A DNA stretch of 64,000 nucleotides from contig OY970173.1 of NCBI GenBank assembly GCA_963707635.1, positions 2,432,001 to 2,496,000 on the forward strand, in the 5' to 3' direction. The first letter of the stretch is position 1; the number at the start of each line of letters is the position of its first letter. Shown in pieces: positions 41,210 to 51,951 of this stretch. This DNA is from Candidatus Latescibacterota bacterium. Its GTDB lineage: Bacteria > Krumholzibacteriota > Krumholzibacteriia > WVZY01 > JAKEHA01. The notes under the pieces are model-generated. The model searched no databases, was not told the DNA's origin, and worked only from the letters and a program-made list of their open reading frames with translations. The position numbers were made by a program, and so were the translations under genes.

Positions 41210-43971
41210 GACGCGCTCCGGGCCTGCGCGCCCAGGATTTTGCGTAGGAATTGTCCGGTGTAAGAGCCTTCCACCTTCGCCACCTCCGCCGGCCGTCCGG
41301 CGGCCACCACGCGGCCGCCCTCGTCGCCCCCCTCGGGGCCCAGGTCGACCACCCAGTCCGACTGCGCGATCACCTGCAAATTGTGCTCCACCACGATCAC
41401 GGTGTTGCCGGCCGACTGGAGCTCGCGCAGCACCGCGATCAATGTCTCCACGTCGTCCACGTGCAGGCCGGTGGTCGGTTCGTCGAGGATGTAGACGAAA
41501 CCGCCTTCGAGGTTCTCGGCCAGCTCACGGGCGATCTTGATGCGTTGCGATTCGCCCCCGGAAAGCGTGGTCGACGGCTGGCCGAGCCGGAGGTAACCGA
41601 GCCCGACCTTCTTGAGCACGCCCAGGCGCGCGACCAGCTCGCGGTGGGCCGCAAAGTGCGCCATCGCGTCCTCCACCGTCAGGTCCAGCACCTCGGCCAG
41701 ATTCAAACCGCCGTGGGTGATTTCCAGGGTCTCGCGGTTGAAACGCGTGCCGTTGCACTCGCTGCAGCGCACGAACATGTCGGCCATGAAGTGCATCTCG
41801 ATCCGTTCGTAGCCCATGCCCTGGCAGCGGGCGCAGCGGCCGCCGGCCACGTTGAAGCTGAACCGTCCGGACGTGTACCCGCGGCGGCGAGCCTTCTTCT
41901 CCGCCGCGAAGGCCTCGCGGATGTGCGCGAATGCCTTGACGTACGTCACCGGGTTCGACCGCGGGGTCTTCCCGATCGGCGCCTGGTCGACCATGAGCAC
42001 GCCGCGCACCGACCCCGCGCCCTCGAGCGCGCGGAACGGGCCCTTGCGCCGCTCGCCGCGCGAGCGCAGCGCGTCGTGGAGCACGTCGCACACCAGCGTG
42101 CTCTTGCCGGAGCCCGACACCCCGGTCACGCTGGTGAACCCGAACAACGGAAACTCCACGTCGACATGCTTGAGGTTGTGCTCGTGTGCCCCGCGCAGCG
42201 CGAGCACGCCCCGTCCGTCGCCGGCCGTCGGCGCGGCCCCGGGTATGCGCACGGGCACACCCTCCAGCGCGTAGCGAACCGTCCGCGACGCGTGCGACGC
42301 GCCGGCCACCGGCCCCTGGTAGACCACGTGTCCGCCACCTTCGCCCGCACCCGGCCCCAAATCGACCACGTAGTCGGCCCGGCGAATGATGTCGAGGTCG
42401 TGTTCCACCACCACCACGGTATTGCCGCGCGCGCGCAACTCACCCAGCACGTCGATCAACTGATCCGTGTCGCGCGGGTGCAGCCCGATGCTCGGTTCGT
42501 CCAGCACGTACAGAACGTCGAGCAGGTTCGAACCCAGCGAGTTGGCGAGCGAGATGCGCTGCGCTTCGCCCCCCGAGAGCGTGCGCGCCAGACGGTCGAG
42601 GGTGAGATAGTGCAGTCCGACCGCAACCAGAAAGCCGAGGCGGGACTCTAGCTCGATCAGCACGTCGCGCGCCACGGTCGCGTCGCGCGCGGACAATTCC
42701 AGTCCGCGGAGGAACGCCAGCGCAGCGGCCGGCCGCATCGCCGCAACCTCGCGTATCGTTTGCCCCCCCAACCGCACGTAGTACGCTTCCGTCCGCAGGC
42801 GGCCGCCGTCGCACCCGCGGCACAGGCGAAACGCCAGGTAGCGGCGGGTGAAAAAGCGCGCGTATTTCTTATACGTTTTTTCGCGCATGTTCTCGAGAAA
42901 CGGAAGCACCCCGGTGTAGTCGCCGCTCCCGTCGAGGATCAGCCGCCGCGCGGCCGCTTCGAGCTCGCTCCACGGCCGCTCGGTGGAAATTTTGCGACGC
43001 CGGCAGAAGCGGACCAGCTGGTTGTAGAAGTACTCGAACTTCTCGCTCGCCCACGGGTCGATCGCGCGCTCGCGGATCGAGCGCCGCGGGTCGGACACGA
43101 TCAACGCCTCGTCGAACTCCATGCGGCTGCCAAACCCCCGGCACTGCGGACACGCGCCGAAGGGGGTGTTGAAGGAGAACAGGATCGGCCGCGGTTCCTC
43201 GAACGCGCGGCCACAGGTCGTGCACACCAGGTGTCCCGTGAACGAGAGCGATTCGCCCCCGTCGACGGCGTCGAAGCGAACGGTCCCGTCGGCCATCCGA
43301 TACGCGGTCTCGATCGCTTCCAGCAGGCGCGCGCGCCGGCTGTCGTCGGCTTCCACCCGGTCGAGCACCAGTTCGACGGCGGCCAGGCGTCCGAGCCGTT
43401 TCGGCGGCTCTTCCAGCCGGACCACTTCCCCCCGGATCACGAAGCGCGAGTAACCCTCGCGGATCAGCTCCTCGACCTGCTTCGCGGCGCTCCCCTTTTC
43501 CACCTTGCGGCTCGCGACCACGTGAAACACGCGCCCGCGCTGCGTCTCCAGCAGCGCGTCGATGACCTCGTCGGGCGTGTGGCGACGCACCTCCCGGTTG
43601 CAGGTCGGGCACACGGTGCGTCCCAGACGGGCAAACAACAGGCGCAGGTAGTCGTAGATTTCGGTCGCCGTGCCGACGGTGGATCGCGAGCTGCGGGTGG
43701 TGTTGCGCTGCTCGATCGCGATCGCGGGGGAGAGGCCCAGGACCTCGTCGACATCGGGGTGACCGATGCGCTCCAGGAACTGCTTGGCGTACGTGGACAG
43801 CGACTCGATGTAACGCCGCTGCCCCTCCGCGTAGAGGGTGTCGAACGCGAGCGAAGACTTCCCGGAGCCCGACACGCCGGTGATGACGGTCAGGCTGCCG
43901 CGCGGGATTTCCACGTCGATGTTCTTGAGATTGTGCTCGCGCGCGCCGCGCACGACGATCTTGTCGATCAT
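41206..43971 (-). CDS. uvrA: Excinuclease ABC subunit A
   Basis: GAREHNLKN, two GVSGSGKS Walker A motifs, Zn-finger CxxC pairs and two LSGGE signatures. Confidence 0.97.
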   Translation of the reverse strand: MIDKIVVRGAREHNLKNIDVEIPRGSLTVITGVSGSGKSSLAFDTLYAEGQRRYIESLSTYAKQFLERIGHPDVDEVLGLSPAIAIEQRNTTRSSRSTVGTATEIYDYLRLLFARLGRTVCPTCNREVRRHTPDEVIDALLETQRGRVFHVVASRKVEKGSAAKQVEELIREGYSRFVIRGEVVRLEEPPKRLGRLAAVELVLDRVEADDSRRARLLEAIETAYRMADGTVRFDAVDGGESLSFTGHLVCTTCGRAFEEPRPILFSFNTPFGACPQCRGFGSRMEFDEALIVSDPRRSIRERAIDPWASEKFEYFYNQLVRFCRRRKISTERPWSELEAAARRLILDGSGDYTGVLPFLENMREKTYKKYARFFTRRYLAFRLCRGCDGGRLRTEAYYVRLGGQTIREVAAMRPAAALAFLRGLELSARDATVARDVLIELESRLGFLVAVGLHYLTLDRLARTLSGGEAQRISLANSLGSNLLDVLYVLDEPSIGLHPRDTDQLIDVLGELRARGNTVVVVEHDLDIIRRADYVVDLGPGAGEGGGHVVYQGPVAGASHASRTVRYALEGVPVRIPGAAPTAGDGRGVLALRGAHEHNLKHVDVEFPLFGFTSVTGVSGSGKSTLVCDVLHDALRSRGERRKGPFRALEGAGSVRGVLMVDQAPIGKTPRSNPVTYVKAFAHIREAFAAEKKARRRGYTSGRFSFNVAGGRCARCQGMGYERIEMHFMADMFVRCSECNGTRFNRETLEITHGGLNLAEVLDLTVEDAMAHFAAHRELVARLGVLKKVGLGYLRLGQPSTTLSGGESQRIKIARELAENLEGGFVYILDEPTTGLHVDDVETLIAVLRELQSAGNTVIVVEHNLQVIAQSDWVVDLGPEGGDEGGRVVAAGRPAEVAKVEGSYTGQFLRKILGAQARSAS

Positions 43972-44098
43972 GTTGGTGCGACCTTTCCCGGCGCCGCGGC
44001 GGCCCGGGGGAAACCGCATATTGTAGGCATCGAGGTCGCGCGCTCGCAAGCCCGAACTTGGGCTTGTGGCACGCGGGCGCCGCTCCTATGATCGCGGA

Positions 44099-44881
44099 AT
44101 GCGCGAACCCGAACCATCGCTCGACCGGCTTTTCGGCCTCATCGCCCGGCTGCGGGGTCCCGACGGGTGTCCGTGGGACCGGGCGCAACGCCTCGACGAC
44201 ATTCTCTCGGACCTGATCGAGGAAGCGTACGAGCTCGAGTGGGCCGGCACGCACTACGGCGACGCCGAACTGCTAGACGAAATGGGTGACGTGCTGTTCC
44301 TGGTCTGCTTCGCGATCTCGGTCAAGCGCGAGACGATGCGCGAATTCTCGCTCGACCGCGTCGCTGCCCACGCCCACGACAAGATCAAGGCCCGCCACCC
44401 GCACGTCTTCGGCGATGCGCGGGCGTCCACGCCGGAGGAGAGTGTGGTGCACTGGGAACGCGCCAAGGCGCGCGAGCGCTCGGAGGGGAACGCGGGTGCC
44501 CTCGAGGGAGTGGCCGGCAACCTGCCCCCGCTGCGCCACGCGGTGAAGATCCAGGAGCGCGCCGCGTCGGTGGGTTTCGACTGGCCCGAACTCTCCGGCG
44601 TGGTCGCAAAACTCCGGGAAGAAATCGAGGAACTCGAGCGCGCCGTCGCTGCCGGCGACCGCGCGCACGTCGAGCACGAAATGGGCGACGTCATTTTCTC
44701 CGCCGCCAACGTGTGCCGCTTCCTCAAGCTCGACGCCGACGAGGCCCTGCAGCGGTCGGTCTCGAAATTCATCCGCCGCTTCGAATGGATGGAGAAGACG
44801 ATCGCGGCCGACGGCAAGCGCTTCGACGCCATGACGCTCGACGAGATGAACGCCTACTGGGTGCGCGCGAAGGCGCAGTAG
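44099..44881 (+). CDS. mazG: Nucleoside triphosphate pyrophosphohydrolase MazG
   Basis: LRGPDGCPWD, IEEAYE, EMGDVL, RHPHVF, VGFDW and KFIRRF. Confidence 0.95.
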   Translation: MREPEPSLDRLFGLIARLRGPDGCPWDRAQRLDDILSDLIEEAYELEWAGTHYGDAELLDEMGDVLFLVCFAISVKRETMREFSLDRVAAHAHDKIKARHPHVFGDARASTPEESVVHWERAKARERSEGNAGALEGVAGNLPPLRHAVKIQERAASVGFDWPELSGVVAKLREEIEELERAVAAGDRAHVEHEMGDVIFSAANVCRFLKLDADEALQRSVSKFIRRFEWMEKTIAADGKRFDAMTLDEMNAYWVRAKAQ

Positions 44882-45007
44882 CTTTGCCCAATCGCCGCGG
44901 GTCCTGTCATCTCGCCACCCCGCGGGCTTCGCCTCGCGGGGTCCCCGCCTCGATGCCACCCGCGGCGAGTTCGCGCTGCGCCCCGTTCCAAACGCACCGA
45001 CAAGAAC

Positions 45008-45043
45008 AAGTCGGGGGCCCGTCCTGCGACGAGCCCCCGATTT
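45008..45043. terminator. Hairpin terminator between convergent mazG and the OmpA gene
   Basis: AAGTCGGGGGCCCGTC-CTGC-GACGAGCCCCCGATTT. Confidence 0.65.
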
Positions 45044-45068
45044 CATGTCCCGCGATGCGAGGTCGACG

Positions 45069-46952
45069 CTAGTTCAGCCGTCGGAACTCGATGCGGCGGT
45101 TTTGGGCGCGGCCCTCGGGCGTCGCGTTCGACGACGTGGGCTCTTCCTCTCCGATGCCGATCGCCGTCACGCGCGAGCGGTCGATGCCGGCGTTGACCAG
45201 GTACTGGCGAACCGCGTCCGCTCGCTTCTGCGAGAGCTGCAGGTTGAAGTTCGCCGGCCCCTGGCCATCGGTGTGGCCGCGAATCTCGAGCCGGGCTTCC
45301 GGATACTTGTTCATGGACGCGACCACCTGGTCGAGCACCGTGTACGAATCCGGCGTCAGGTTCGAGCTGCCGCTCTCGAAATTGATCCCGCGCAGCACGA
45401 ACTGCTTGCCGATCTCGCGCGCGTCCGGGCACCCGTCGTCGTCCTCGACGCCGTTGAAGGTCTCCGGCTGCGTCGGGCATTTGTCCGTCGCGTCCGGGAT
45501 GCCGTCGAGGTCGTTGTCCAGATCCGGGCACCCGTCGTCATCCTGGTAGCCGTCTACGTCTTCCGCCTGGAGCGGGCAACGGTCGAGATCGTCGGGCACC
45601 GCGTCGTTGTCGCTGTCCTTGACGAGATCCGGGCATCCGTCCTGATCCATTTCGCCGTCGAAATCCTCCGGCTCGTTCGGACACTTGTCCTGGGCATCGG
45701 CGATGCCGTCCTGATCGTTGTCCAGGTCCGGGCAACCGTCGCCGTCCTCGAAACTGTCCATGTCCTCGGCCAGATCCGGACACTGGTCGTCCGCGTCGGC
45801 CAGGCCATCGTGGTCGTTGTCCAGATCCGGGCAGCCATCGGCGTCCTCGAACCCGTCGAAATCTTCCGGGGTGTCGGGGCACCCGTCGACCTTGTCGGCG
45901 ACCTTGTCCCGGTCGGAGTCGCGGGCGACGATCTCCGCCATGTAATTGAACGCCATCCACACGCCCCAGTCGGGCGGGTTGATGCCGGACGGCGTGTCAC
46001 CCGAGTTCAGATTGATGTCCGCCGCGAGTTCGAGCGAGGAACCCTTCCCGCCCTTGAACTCGACGCCAGGGGTGAGCGTGTAGGTGCTCGTGCTCACCGT
46101 GGCATTCGGGGGCAGGTCCACGTCCATCAGGTCCTGCCAGTCGAATTCGACGAAGAAGGTCACCTGCGGCGCCGGAAACTCGATGCCGGCTCCGAACAGG
46201 AAGGCGTCGTTATAGGAATCGTTCTCGGTCGTCGGCGTGGCGGGATAACCGGGCGGGGCGAACCCGTTCGAATCGGGGAATTCCGGCAGGAAGGTCCCGT
46301 AGCCGAAGTCCTCCTGCTTGTTGAATCGGTAGCCGGCGTTGACGTGGAGTCGCGTCGGCACGAACGACTGCAGGTCGCTCAAGTCGATCGTCGCCAGGCC
46401 CAGCACCGTGATGTCGTTCGAGTCGGTGGTGAAGCCGCGGTCCTTGCTCCCGGTCGGAAACGTCACGTTCCCGTACGCGCCGAGCTTGAACGTCTCCGAA
46501 GGCAGAGGGAGGCACAGCTTCGCGGACACATCCGTATCGCCGATGCCGCCGCGCGTGTAGGTGTCCAGGTCGTACGCGCCCTTGTCCTGCGCGGTCCGCA
46601 CCCAGCTGCGCGCGTCCAGGTTAGCCCCGATTTCGAAGAAGTCGGAGAGCGCGTAGGTGGCGCTCACGCGCGCGATGAACGTGTGATAGTCGACGACGGC
46701 GTCCCCGTTCAGAGAATCGGAGAGGGGGAAGAAGCCGCCGGGGGTCAACAGCTCGTTGTCCTGCTTTCCATAGTTGGCGGAAAGCTGGAAGCTGAGCGTG
46801 CCCTTCTGAAACGTGTCGGCCGAGCGAACCCGAATCAGCCCGCGCGTGCCGTTGTAGGCGACGCCGGCCTGGGCCGCCGCCGGGAGGCACGCGAGGCATG
46901 CCGCCGCGACCAGCGTCCAGCCGAACCCGCGCGCACGAAGACTACCGTGCAT
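45069..46952 (-). CDS. OmpA-family protein: beta-barrel, thrombospondin type 3 repeats and peptidoglycan-binding domain
   Basis: Signal peptide, DGCPDLDNDxDG repeats, GINFESGS, GHTD, LSQKRA and NRRIEF. AAAGGAG RBS before ATG 46952. Confidence 0.92.
   Translation of the reverse strand: MHGSLRARGFGWTLVAAACLACLPAAAQAGVAYNGTRGLIRVRSADTFQKGTLSFQLSANYGKQDNELLTPGGFFPLSDSLNGDAVVDYHTFIARVSATYALSDFFEIGANLDARSWVRTAQDKGAYDLDTYTRGGIGDTDVSAKLCLPLPSETFKLGAYGNVTFPTGSKDRGFTTDSNDITVLGLATIDLSDLQSFVPTRLHVNAGYRFNKQEDFGYGTFLPEFPDSNGFAPPGYPATPTTENDSYNDAFLFGAGIEFPAPQVTFFVEFDWQDLMDVDLPPNATVSTSTYTLTPGVEFKGGKGSSLELAADINLNSGDTPSGINPPDWGVWMAFNYMAEIVARDSDRDKVADKVDGCPDTPEDFDGFEDADGCPDLDNDHDGLADADDQCPDLAEDMDSFEDGDGCPDLDNDQDGIADAQDKCPNEPEDFDGEMDQDGCPDLVKDSDNDAVPDDLDRCPLQAEDVDGYQDDDGCPDLDNDLDGIPDATDKCPTQPETFNGVEDDDGCPDAREIGKQFVLRGINFESGSSNLTPDSYTVLDQVVASMNKYPEARLEIRGHTDGQGPANFNLQLSQKRADAVRQYLVNAGIDRSRVTAIGIGEEEPTSSNATPEGRAQNRRIEFRRLN
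45425..45921 (-). repeat. Intragenic TSP3-like Ca-binding repeats (about five units)
   Basis: Repeated D.D.DG..D..D.CP..PED.DG..D.DGCPD units. Confidence 0.85.
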
Positions 46953-47072
46953 AATCGAACCGTCTCCTTTCCGGCCACTCGCCCGGGGAATCCCGCGGGT
47001 CAATGCAAGAACCTTTCCAACCATTCCGTGCCATCGCGGGAAATACCGGGTCCTCCCCGGCCATCCATCCCG

Positions 47073-47399
47073 CTACGGCGCCTCGCCCGGAGCCGAATCC
47101 GCCGGCCCGGGCGCCTCGCCGGAGCCCTCCTCCCCGGCGCGCTTGCACTCGTCGATGTAGTTCATACGCAACTCGAACAGCACCTTGTCCAGGATCTCCG
47201 CCTCCCCCGGCGTTCGGCCCGCCTGGGTGCGCGCCTGCAGCATTTCGATCATGTCGATCGACAGCCGCGCCTGTTCGAGGTCGCGCTCGATCTTCCCGGT
47301 GACGGGGTTGGCGATCTTCCCCATCTGCTGCATCGCGGCGAACTGAAACATCGCCACCAGCTGCACGAACAAGACTTCGTTCCGCGACGGTTCCGCCAT
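47073..47399 (-). CDS. DUF1844-family protein
   Basis: AMQQMGKIANPVTGKIERDLEQARLSIDMIEML..T..ELRMNY. Confidence 0.85.
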   Translation of the reverse strand: MAEPSRNEVLFVQLVAMFQFAAMQQMGKIANPVTGKIERDLEQARLSIDMIEMLQARTQAGRTPGEAEILDKVLFELRMNYIDECKRAGEEGSGEAPGPADSAPGEAP

Positions 47400-47479
47400 G
47401 ACCACACTCCGTGTGCTCCACACCCGGAGCACGGGTGATGATAGGAACGCGACAAAAAACGTGTCAAAGCAAAATCGGG

Positions 47480-48055
47480 CTATTCGACCTCGCGCCGCGT
47501 CGCGATCCACACCAGAATCGCTTCCACCTCGCGCGACGCGTTGGTGTACGCGTGCGCGAGCGTGGCGTCGTAGTGCGCCACATCGCCCTCGGCGAGCTCC
47601 ATCGACTGGCCGCCCGCGTCCACCCGCACGCGTCCGGAAATCGCGACCACGGCCTCGGCGCCGTCGTGTTCGTGGCGGGCGCCGCGGTGCGACCGCCCCG
47701 GGGCGAGCACCACGCGCGCAACCTGCAATCGCCCGCCCGGGATCGACGTGGTCAAGCGCTCGATGTGCGCGGCGCCCCCCGCGCGCGATTCGCGCACCCG
47801 GTTCTCCGCCGACACCAGCGACACCTCCGCCAGCTCGACTTCCTCCAGAAAGAACGCGGTGCGACGACCCAGCGCGCGCGCGATCCTCGCCAGCGCACCG
47901 ACCGTCGGCGTGGTCTCGCCGCGTTCGATCTCGGAGACGTGTGTCGCCGACACCCCGGAGGCTGCTTCCACCATCTTGAGCGTCAGGCGCCGCTCCTGAC
48001 GCGTGCGCTTGATCCGGGCGCCGAGCCCGGATTCGCTCCCCGGCCCCGGCGTCAT
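47480..48055 (-). CDS. XRE-family HTH plus cupin transcriptional regulator (copy 2)
   Basis: LGARIKRTRQERRLTL..SATHVSEIERGETTPTV, cupin HEHDGAE..AHAYTN, and ATGA coupling to copy 1. Confidence 0.9.
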   Translation of the reverse strand: MTPGPGSESGLGARIKRTRQERRLTLKMVEAASGVSATHVSEIERGETTPTVGALARIARALGRRTAFFLEEVELAEVSLVSAENRVRESRAGGAAHIERLTTSIPGGRLQVARVVLAPGRSHRGARHEHDGAEAVVAISGRVRVDAGGQSMELAEGDVAHYDATLAHAYTNASREVEAILVWIATRREVE

Positions 48056-48603
48056 GCCGGAACCCGCGGCGAGGTCGCGCACAAGAGGCGCGCACCGCCG
48101 GTTCCCACGCTGCGCAGCTCGCTCGCTTCGCCCGGGGCGAAGTGACAGGCGTCCCCTTCCTTGAGCGTCAGTCGCTGCGCGCCGGTTTCCAGCTCGACGG
48201 CCCCGCGCAACACCAGCACGAATGCCTCGCGCGCGCCGGCCGGCACGCGGCCGCCTTCGGTCCGGCCTCCCGGCAAGTCGATTTCGAACAGCGAGAGATC
48301 CTCGACGTCGATGGGGTGCGACAGGCGCTGGAAGGTGACGCCGCCCTCGACGAACGCGCCGCGATCGCTGCGGCGCACCAGACTCACGCGCGGCGACGCG
48401 TCGTCCTCCACCAGCCGCGCCGCGTCTTCGCCGAGCGCGCGCGCGATCCGGACCAGCGCCCCGACGGTCGGGGAGGTCTTGCCCCGCTCGATCTCGGAGA
48501 GATGGGTGGCCGAGACGTTCGACTTCGCCTCCACCTGTTTCAAGGTGAGGTTGCGCGCGAACCGCAGCCGCCTCAACCGCTCTCCCAACTCCGATGGAAC
48601 CAT
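48052..48603 (-). CDS. XRE-family HTH plus cupin transcriptional regulator (copy 1)
   Basis: LGERLRRLRFARNLTL..SATHLSEIERGKTSPTV and cupin EAFVLVLRGAVE..LKEGDACHF. Confidence 0.9.
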   Translation of the reverse strand: MVPSELGERLRRLRFARNLTLKQVEAKSNVSATHLSEIERGKTSPTVGALVRIARALGEDAARLVEDDASPRVSLVRRSDRGAFVEGGVTFQRLSHPIDVEDLSLFEIDLPGGRTEGGRVPAGAREAFVLVLRGAVELETGAQRLTLKEGDACHFAPGEASELRSVGTGGARLLCATSPRVPA

Positions 48604-48760
48604 GCGTCACCGCTCCCTCGAGCACGATGATACCGGCGAGATTCCGCAATCGCGAAGATCGCATCGATATCGTGGCCGATATCCGGTATAGTTGGCGCCA
48701 GTCTCGTCGGGTCCCGCGCGCGGTGTCAAGCGCGAACGACGAGCCCGCCGATTCCGATCG

Positions 48761-49771
48761 ATGGATGTCTTCGTCATCAGATTCAGTTCGCTGGGCGACT
48801 GCGTGCTCCTGTGCCCACTGCTGGAACGCCTCAAGCATGCGGGCGCGGGCGAAGTCGTCGTGCTCACCAAGCGGGCGTACGCCGATTTGTTCGCGGCGGC
48901 ACACGGCGTCGATCGCGTCGTCGCCATCGACGAAGGCACGACCCTGCGCGACCTCGTCGGCATCGCGAAGGAGTGGCGCTCCCGCGAGACGACGGTGATC
49001 GACGCGCACGCCAGCTGGCGCAGCCGGGTGGTGGCGGCCCGTATGGGCGGCGCGGCGGCCCGCATCGAGAAGCACACCGGCTCCCGTCTGAAACTGATCG
49101 TCTTTAAGCGAACCGTCGCCCTTCCCACCATGCTCGAGCGTTACGCGGCGCTGGGAGCCGCGGCCGGCGCCGGGACCGCGCCGCTCTCGCCGGGCGGCCT
49201 CGGGATCGACCCGGATCTGGACCAGCGCGCGGAACGCGCCATGCGCGGCGACACACCGTTTGTGGCGGTGGCCCCGGGGAGCCGCTGGCCGTCGAAGCGC
49301 TGGCCCGGCTACGCCGCGGTGTGCGCCTCGCTCGCGGAGTCGGCCGTTCGCATCCTGCTGGTCGGAGACGAGCGCGACCGCGCCGCCGCAGCGCCCATCG
49401 CCGCCGCGCTCGGGGACCGGTGCGTCGACCTGACGGGGCGGGCGCGGCTGATGGAGGCCGCGGCGCATATCGCGCGCTGCCGCGCGTTTCTCGGCAACGA
49501 TTCGGGGCTGATGCACCTGGCCGAGGCGGTGGGCGTGCCGGTGGTGGGGCTGTTCGGGCCGACGGTGCGCGAGTTCGGCTATTTCCCGTCCCTCCCCCGG
49601 AGCCGCACCATCGAACGCCGCCTCGCGTGCCGGCCGTGCTCGCGCAACGGTTCTACCCCGTGCCCGAAAGGCTCGGTCGAGTGCCTGCGGGACATCCCGC
49701 CGCACGCCGTGGTCGACGCGCTGGCCACGCTCTTCGACGAGTCGGCCCCGCGGCGCGTGGTGCTCGAGTGA
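48761..49771 (+). CDS. Glycosyltransferase family 9 (LPS heptosyltransferase, WaaF/WaaC-like)
   Basis: IRFSSLGD, PGSRWPSKRW, GNDSGLMHLA..LFGPT and C.PC. Confidence 0.92.
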   Translation: MDVFVIRFSSLGDCVLLCPLLERLKHAGAGEVVVLTKRAYADLFAAAHGVDRVVAIDEGTTLRDLVGIAKEWRSRETTVIDAHASWRSRVVAARMGGAAARIEKHTGSRLKLIVFKRTVALPTMLERYAALGAAAGAGTAPLSPGGLGIDPDLDQRAERAMRGDTPFVAVAPGSRWPSKRWPGYAAVCASLAESAVRILLVGDERDRAAAAPIAAALGDRCVDLTGRARLMEAAAHIARCRAFLGNDSGLMHLAEAVGVPVVGLFGPTVREFGYFPSLPRSRTIERRLACRPCSRNGSTPCPKGSVECLRDIPPHAVVDALATLFDESAPRRVVLE

Positions 49772-49773
49772 CG

Positions 49774-51048
49774 ATGAGCCTCCCCCGCGGTGTCTATAAC
49801 ATGGTGTTTCCCGCGGCGGGCGCGCTGGCGCACGCGAGCGCGTGGTTTCTCCCGAAAATGCGGGAAGCGATGGCCGGCCGGCGCGGGTACCGCGCGCGCT
49901 GGGAGGCTCTCCGCCGCGACCTTCCCGCGCAACCGGTGTGGTTCCACGTCGCCAGCGTCGGCGAGTTCGAGCAGGCGAGACCGGTCATATCGGCGCTCGA
50001 GCGAGCGCGGCCCGACGTGCCGGTCGTGCTGACCTTCTCCTCGCCCTCCGGCTACCACTTCGCCCGCCGGAAGGAGACCGTCGGCGCGGGTTCGATTCGC
50101 TTCATCGACTATCTCCCCCTCGACTCTCCGCGCGCGATGCGCTTCTGTCTGGACTGCGTCAACCCGCGCGCGCTCGTGCTGGTCAAGTTCGACATCTGGC
50201 CCAACCTGGTCTGGGAAGCCAGCGATCGCCGCATTCCGATCCTCCTGATCGACGCCACCTTGAGCGCGTCGTCGCGCCGCCTCTCGGTCGCGGGCCGCTG
50301 GCTCTACCGCGACCTGTACCGGCGCATCGACCGCATTCTCGCCATCAGCGACGACGACGCGCGTCGGTTCGCCGCGTCGGTGCCCGGGCCCGATCGGATC
50401 GACGTGACCGGCGACACGCGCTTCGACCGCGTGATGGAACGCTGGCGCGCGCGCCAGGGAGTGAAGCTTGATTTTCTGAGCGACAGCTCGCCCACGCTGA
50501 TTGCCGGGAGCACGTGGCCGCCCGACGAAGTCCGGCTCCTGCCGGCGGTCGCGCGGCTGCTACGCGAACACGCCGCGCTGCGCTTCGTGGTGGTGCCGCA
50601 CGAACCCACGCCGGAGCACGTGGAGAAGCTGCGACGCTGGGCGGGCGCCGAAGGCTTCGCGGCGGGCGCCGCGAGCACGGGCGCGGCCGGGGCGCGCGTC
50701 GTGATCGTCGACGTGGTGGGGATCCTGGCGGAAGCGTACCGGGCAGCCCACGTCGCCTACGTCGGCGGCGGTTTCACCACCGGCGTGCACAGCGTAATCG
50801 AGCCGGCGATCGCCGGCATTCCCGTGCTCTTCGGCCCTCGCCACGACAACTCGTTCGAGGCGCTCCAGCTGGTCGCGCGCGGAGGTGCGGTGCCGATCCA
50901 GACCGCCGACGACGCCCACGCCGCGCTCGCGCGCTACTTCACCGACGAAGCCGCGCGCGCAGCGGCGGGCCGCGCGGCGCGCGCGTACGTCGAATCCCAG
51001 CTCGGGGCCACGGAGAAATGCATGGCGGCCCTCGCCGCCTACCTGTAA
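49774..51048 (+). CDS. waaA: 3-deoxy-D-manno-octulosonic acid (Kdo) transferase
   Basis: WFHVASVGEF, YLPLD, DIWPNL, GDTRFD, AGSTW and YVGGG..HSVIEP. Confidence 0.93.
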   Translation: MSLPRGVYNMVFPAAGALAHASAWFLPKMREAMAGRRGYRARWEALRRDLPAQPVWFHVASVGEFEQARPVISALERARPDVPVVLTFSSPSGYHFARRKETVGAGSIRFIDYLPLDSPRAMRFCLDCVNPRALVLVKFDIWPNLVWEASDRRIPILLIDATLSASSRRLSVAGRWLYRDLYRRIDRILAISDDDARRFAASVPGPDRIDVTGDTRFDRVMERWRARQGVKLDFLSDSSPTLIAGSTWPPDEVRLLPAVARLLREHAALRFVVVPHEPTPEHVEKLRRWAGAEGFAAGAASTGAAGARVVIVDVVGILAEAYRAAHVAYVGGGFTTGVHSVIEPAIAGIPVLFGPRHDNSFEALQLVARGGAVPIQTADDAHAALARYFTDEAARAAAGRAARAYVESQLGATEKCMAALAAYL

Positions 51049-51081
51049 TATTTCGAGCGGCGGCCCTTTCCCGCCGTTCCC

Positions 51082-51951
51082 ATGGTCCAACTCGCTCCCC
51101 CCAGGTTCATCCAGATCGAGACCACGCTCGCGTGCAACGCCGAGTGTCCGTTCTGCTCGCACGCCACCCTGACCCGCCGTCCGCGGCGCATGGAAGACTG
51201 GGTGTGGAAGAAGATCATCGACGAGACGCGGGGGCTCGACATCACCTACCGGCCGTTTCTCATCAACGAGCCGCTCGCCGACCATCGCCTGGGCGAGATC
51301 ATGCGCTACATCCGCCGGGACCCGACCGCGAAGATCGAGCTCAACTCCAACGGCGAGCTCATGAAGGAAGAGCGCGCGCTCGAGATCCTCGACGCCGGCA
51401 TCGACATCATTCGTTTTTCCATCGACGGTTTCAGCGAGGAGACGTTTTCGAAGTCGCGGGTCGGGCTGGACTACCAGCTCACCGTCGAGCGCACGCGCCG
51501 CTTCGTCGAGCTCGCGCGTGAGCGGGGCGGGGCCGGGCACGTGGAGGTCCGGATGATCTCCATGGACCACAACCGGCATGAGCAGGAGGCGTTCGTCGAT
51601 TTCTGGACGAAGGCCGGCGCCGTCGCCGTCACCACGGATCTCTACACGTGGCCGTGGGAGCCGGGGGTGAAGCCGGCGCGGGTGCCGTGCAAGAAGGTGC
51701 TCAAGGAAATGTTCTTCTTCGTCAACGGCAAGGCGACCTTGTGCTGCTGGGATTCCCACGAGCGCGGCGTGGTCGGGGACGTGACGCGGGAGCACGTGCT
51801 GGACATCTGGAACGGCGAGCTCAACCGCCGTTACCGCGACTTGCTGGCGAAGGGGCGCCGCGAAGCGATCCTGCTATGCTCCAACTGCGAGGCCTACCAG
51901 CACCACTACTTCGAGGGATTTCCGTCGCCGGCGCCCGCCGGCCAGGCATAG
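51082..51951 (+). CDS. Radical SAM protein with SPASM/Twitch domain
   Basis: CNAECPFC, NEPL, NSNG, FSIDG and a C-terminal C..CCWD..G..IWN..CSNC. Confidence 0.9.
   Translation: MVQLAPPRFIQIETTLACNAECPFCSHATLTRRPRRMEDWVWKKIIDETRGLDITYRPFLINEPLADHRLGEIMRYIRRDPTAKIELNSNGELMKEERALEILDAGIDIIRFSIDGFSEETFSKSRVGLDYQLTVERTRRFVELARERGGAGHVEVRMISMDHNRHEQEAFVDFWTKAGAVAVTTDLYTWPWEPGVKPARVPCKKVLKEMFFFVNGKATLCCWDSHERGVVGDVTREHVLDIWNGELNRRYRDLLAKGRREAILLCSNCEAYQHHYFEGFPSPAPAGQA

Noticed and set aside
45425..45921. Regularly spaced repeats as a possible CRISPR array
   Set aside because: They are in-frame degenerate TSP3 protein repeats inside the OmpA gene, with no unique spacers or cas genes.
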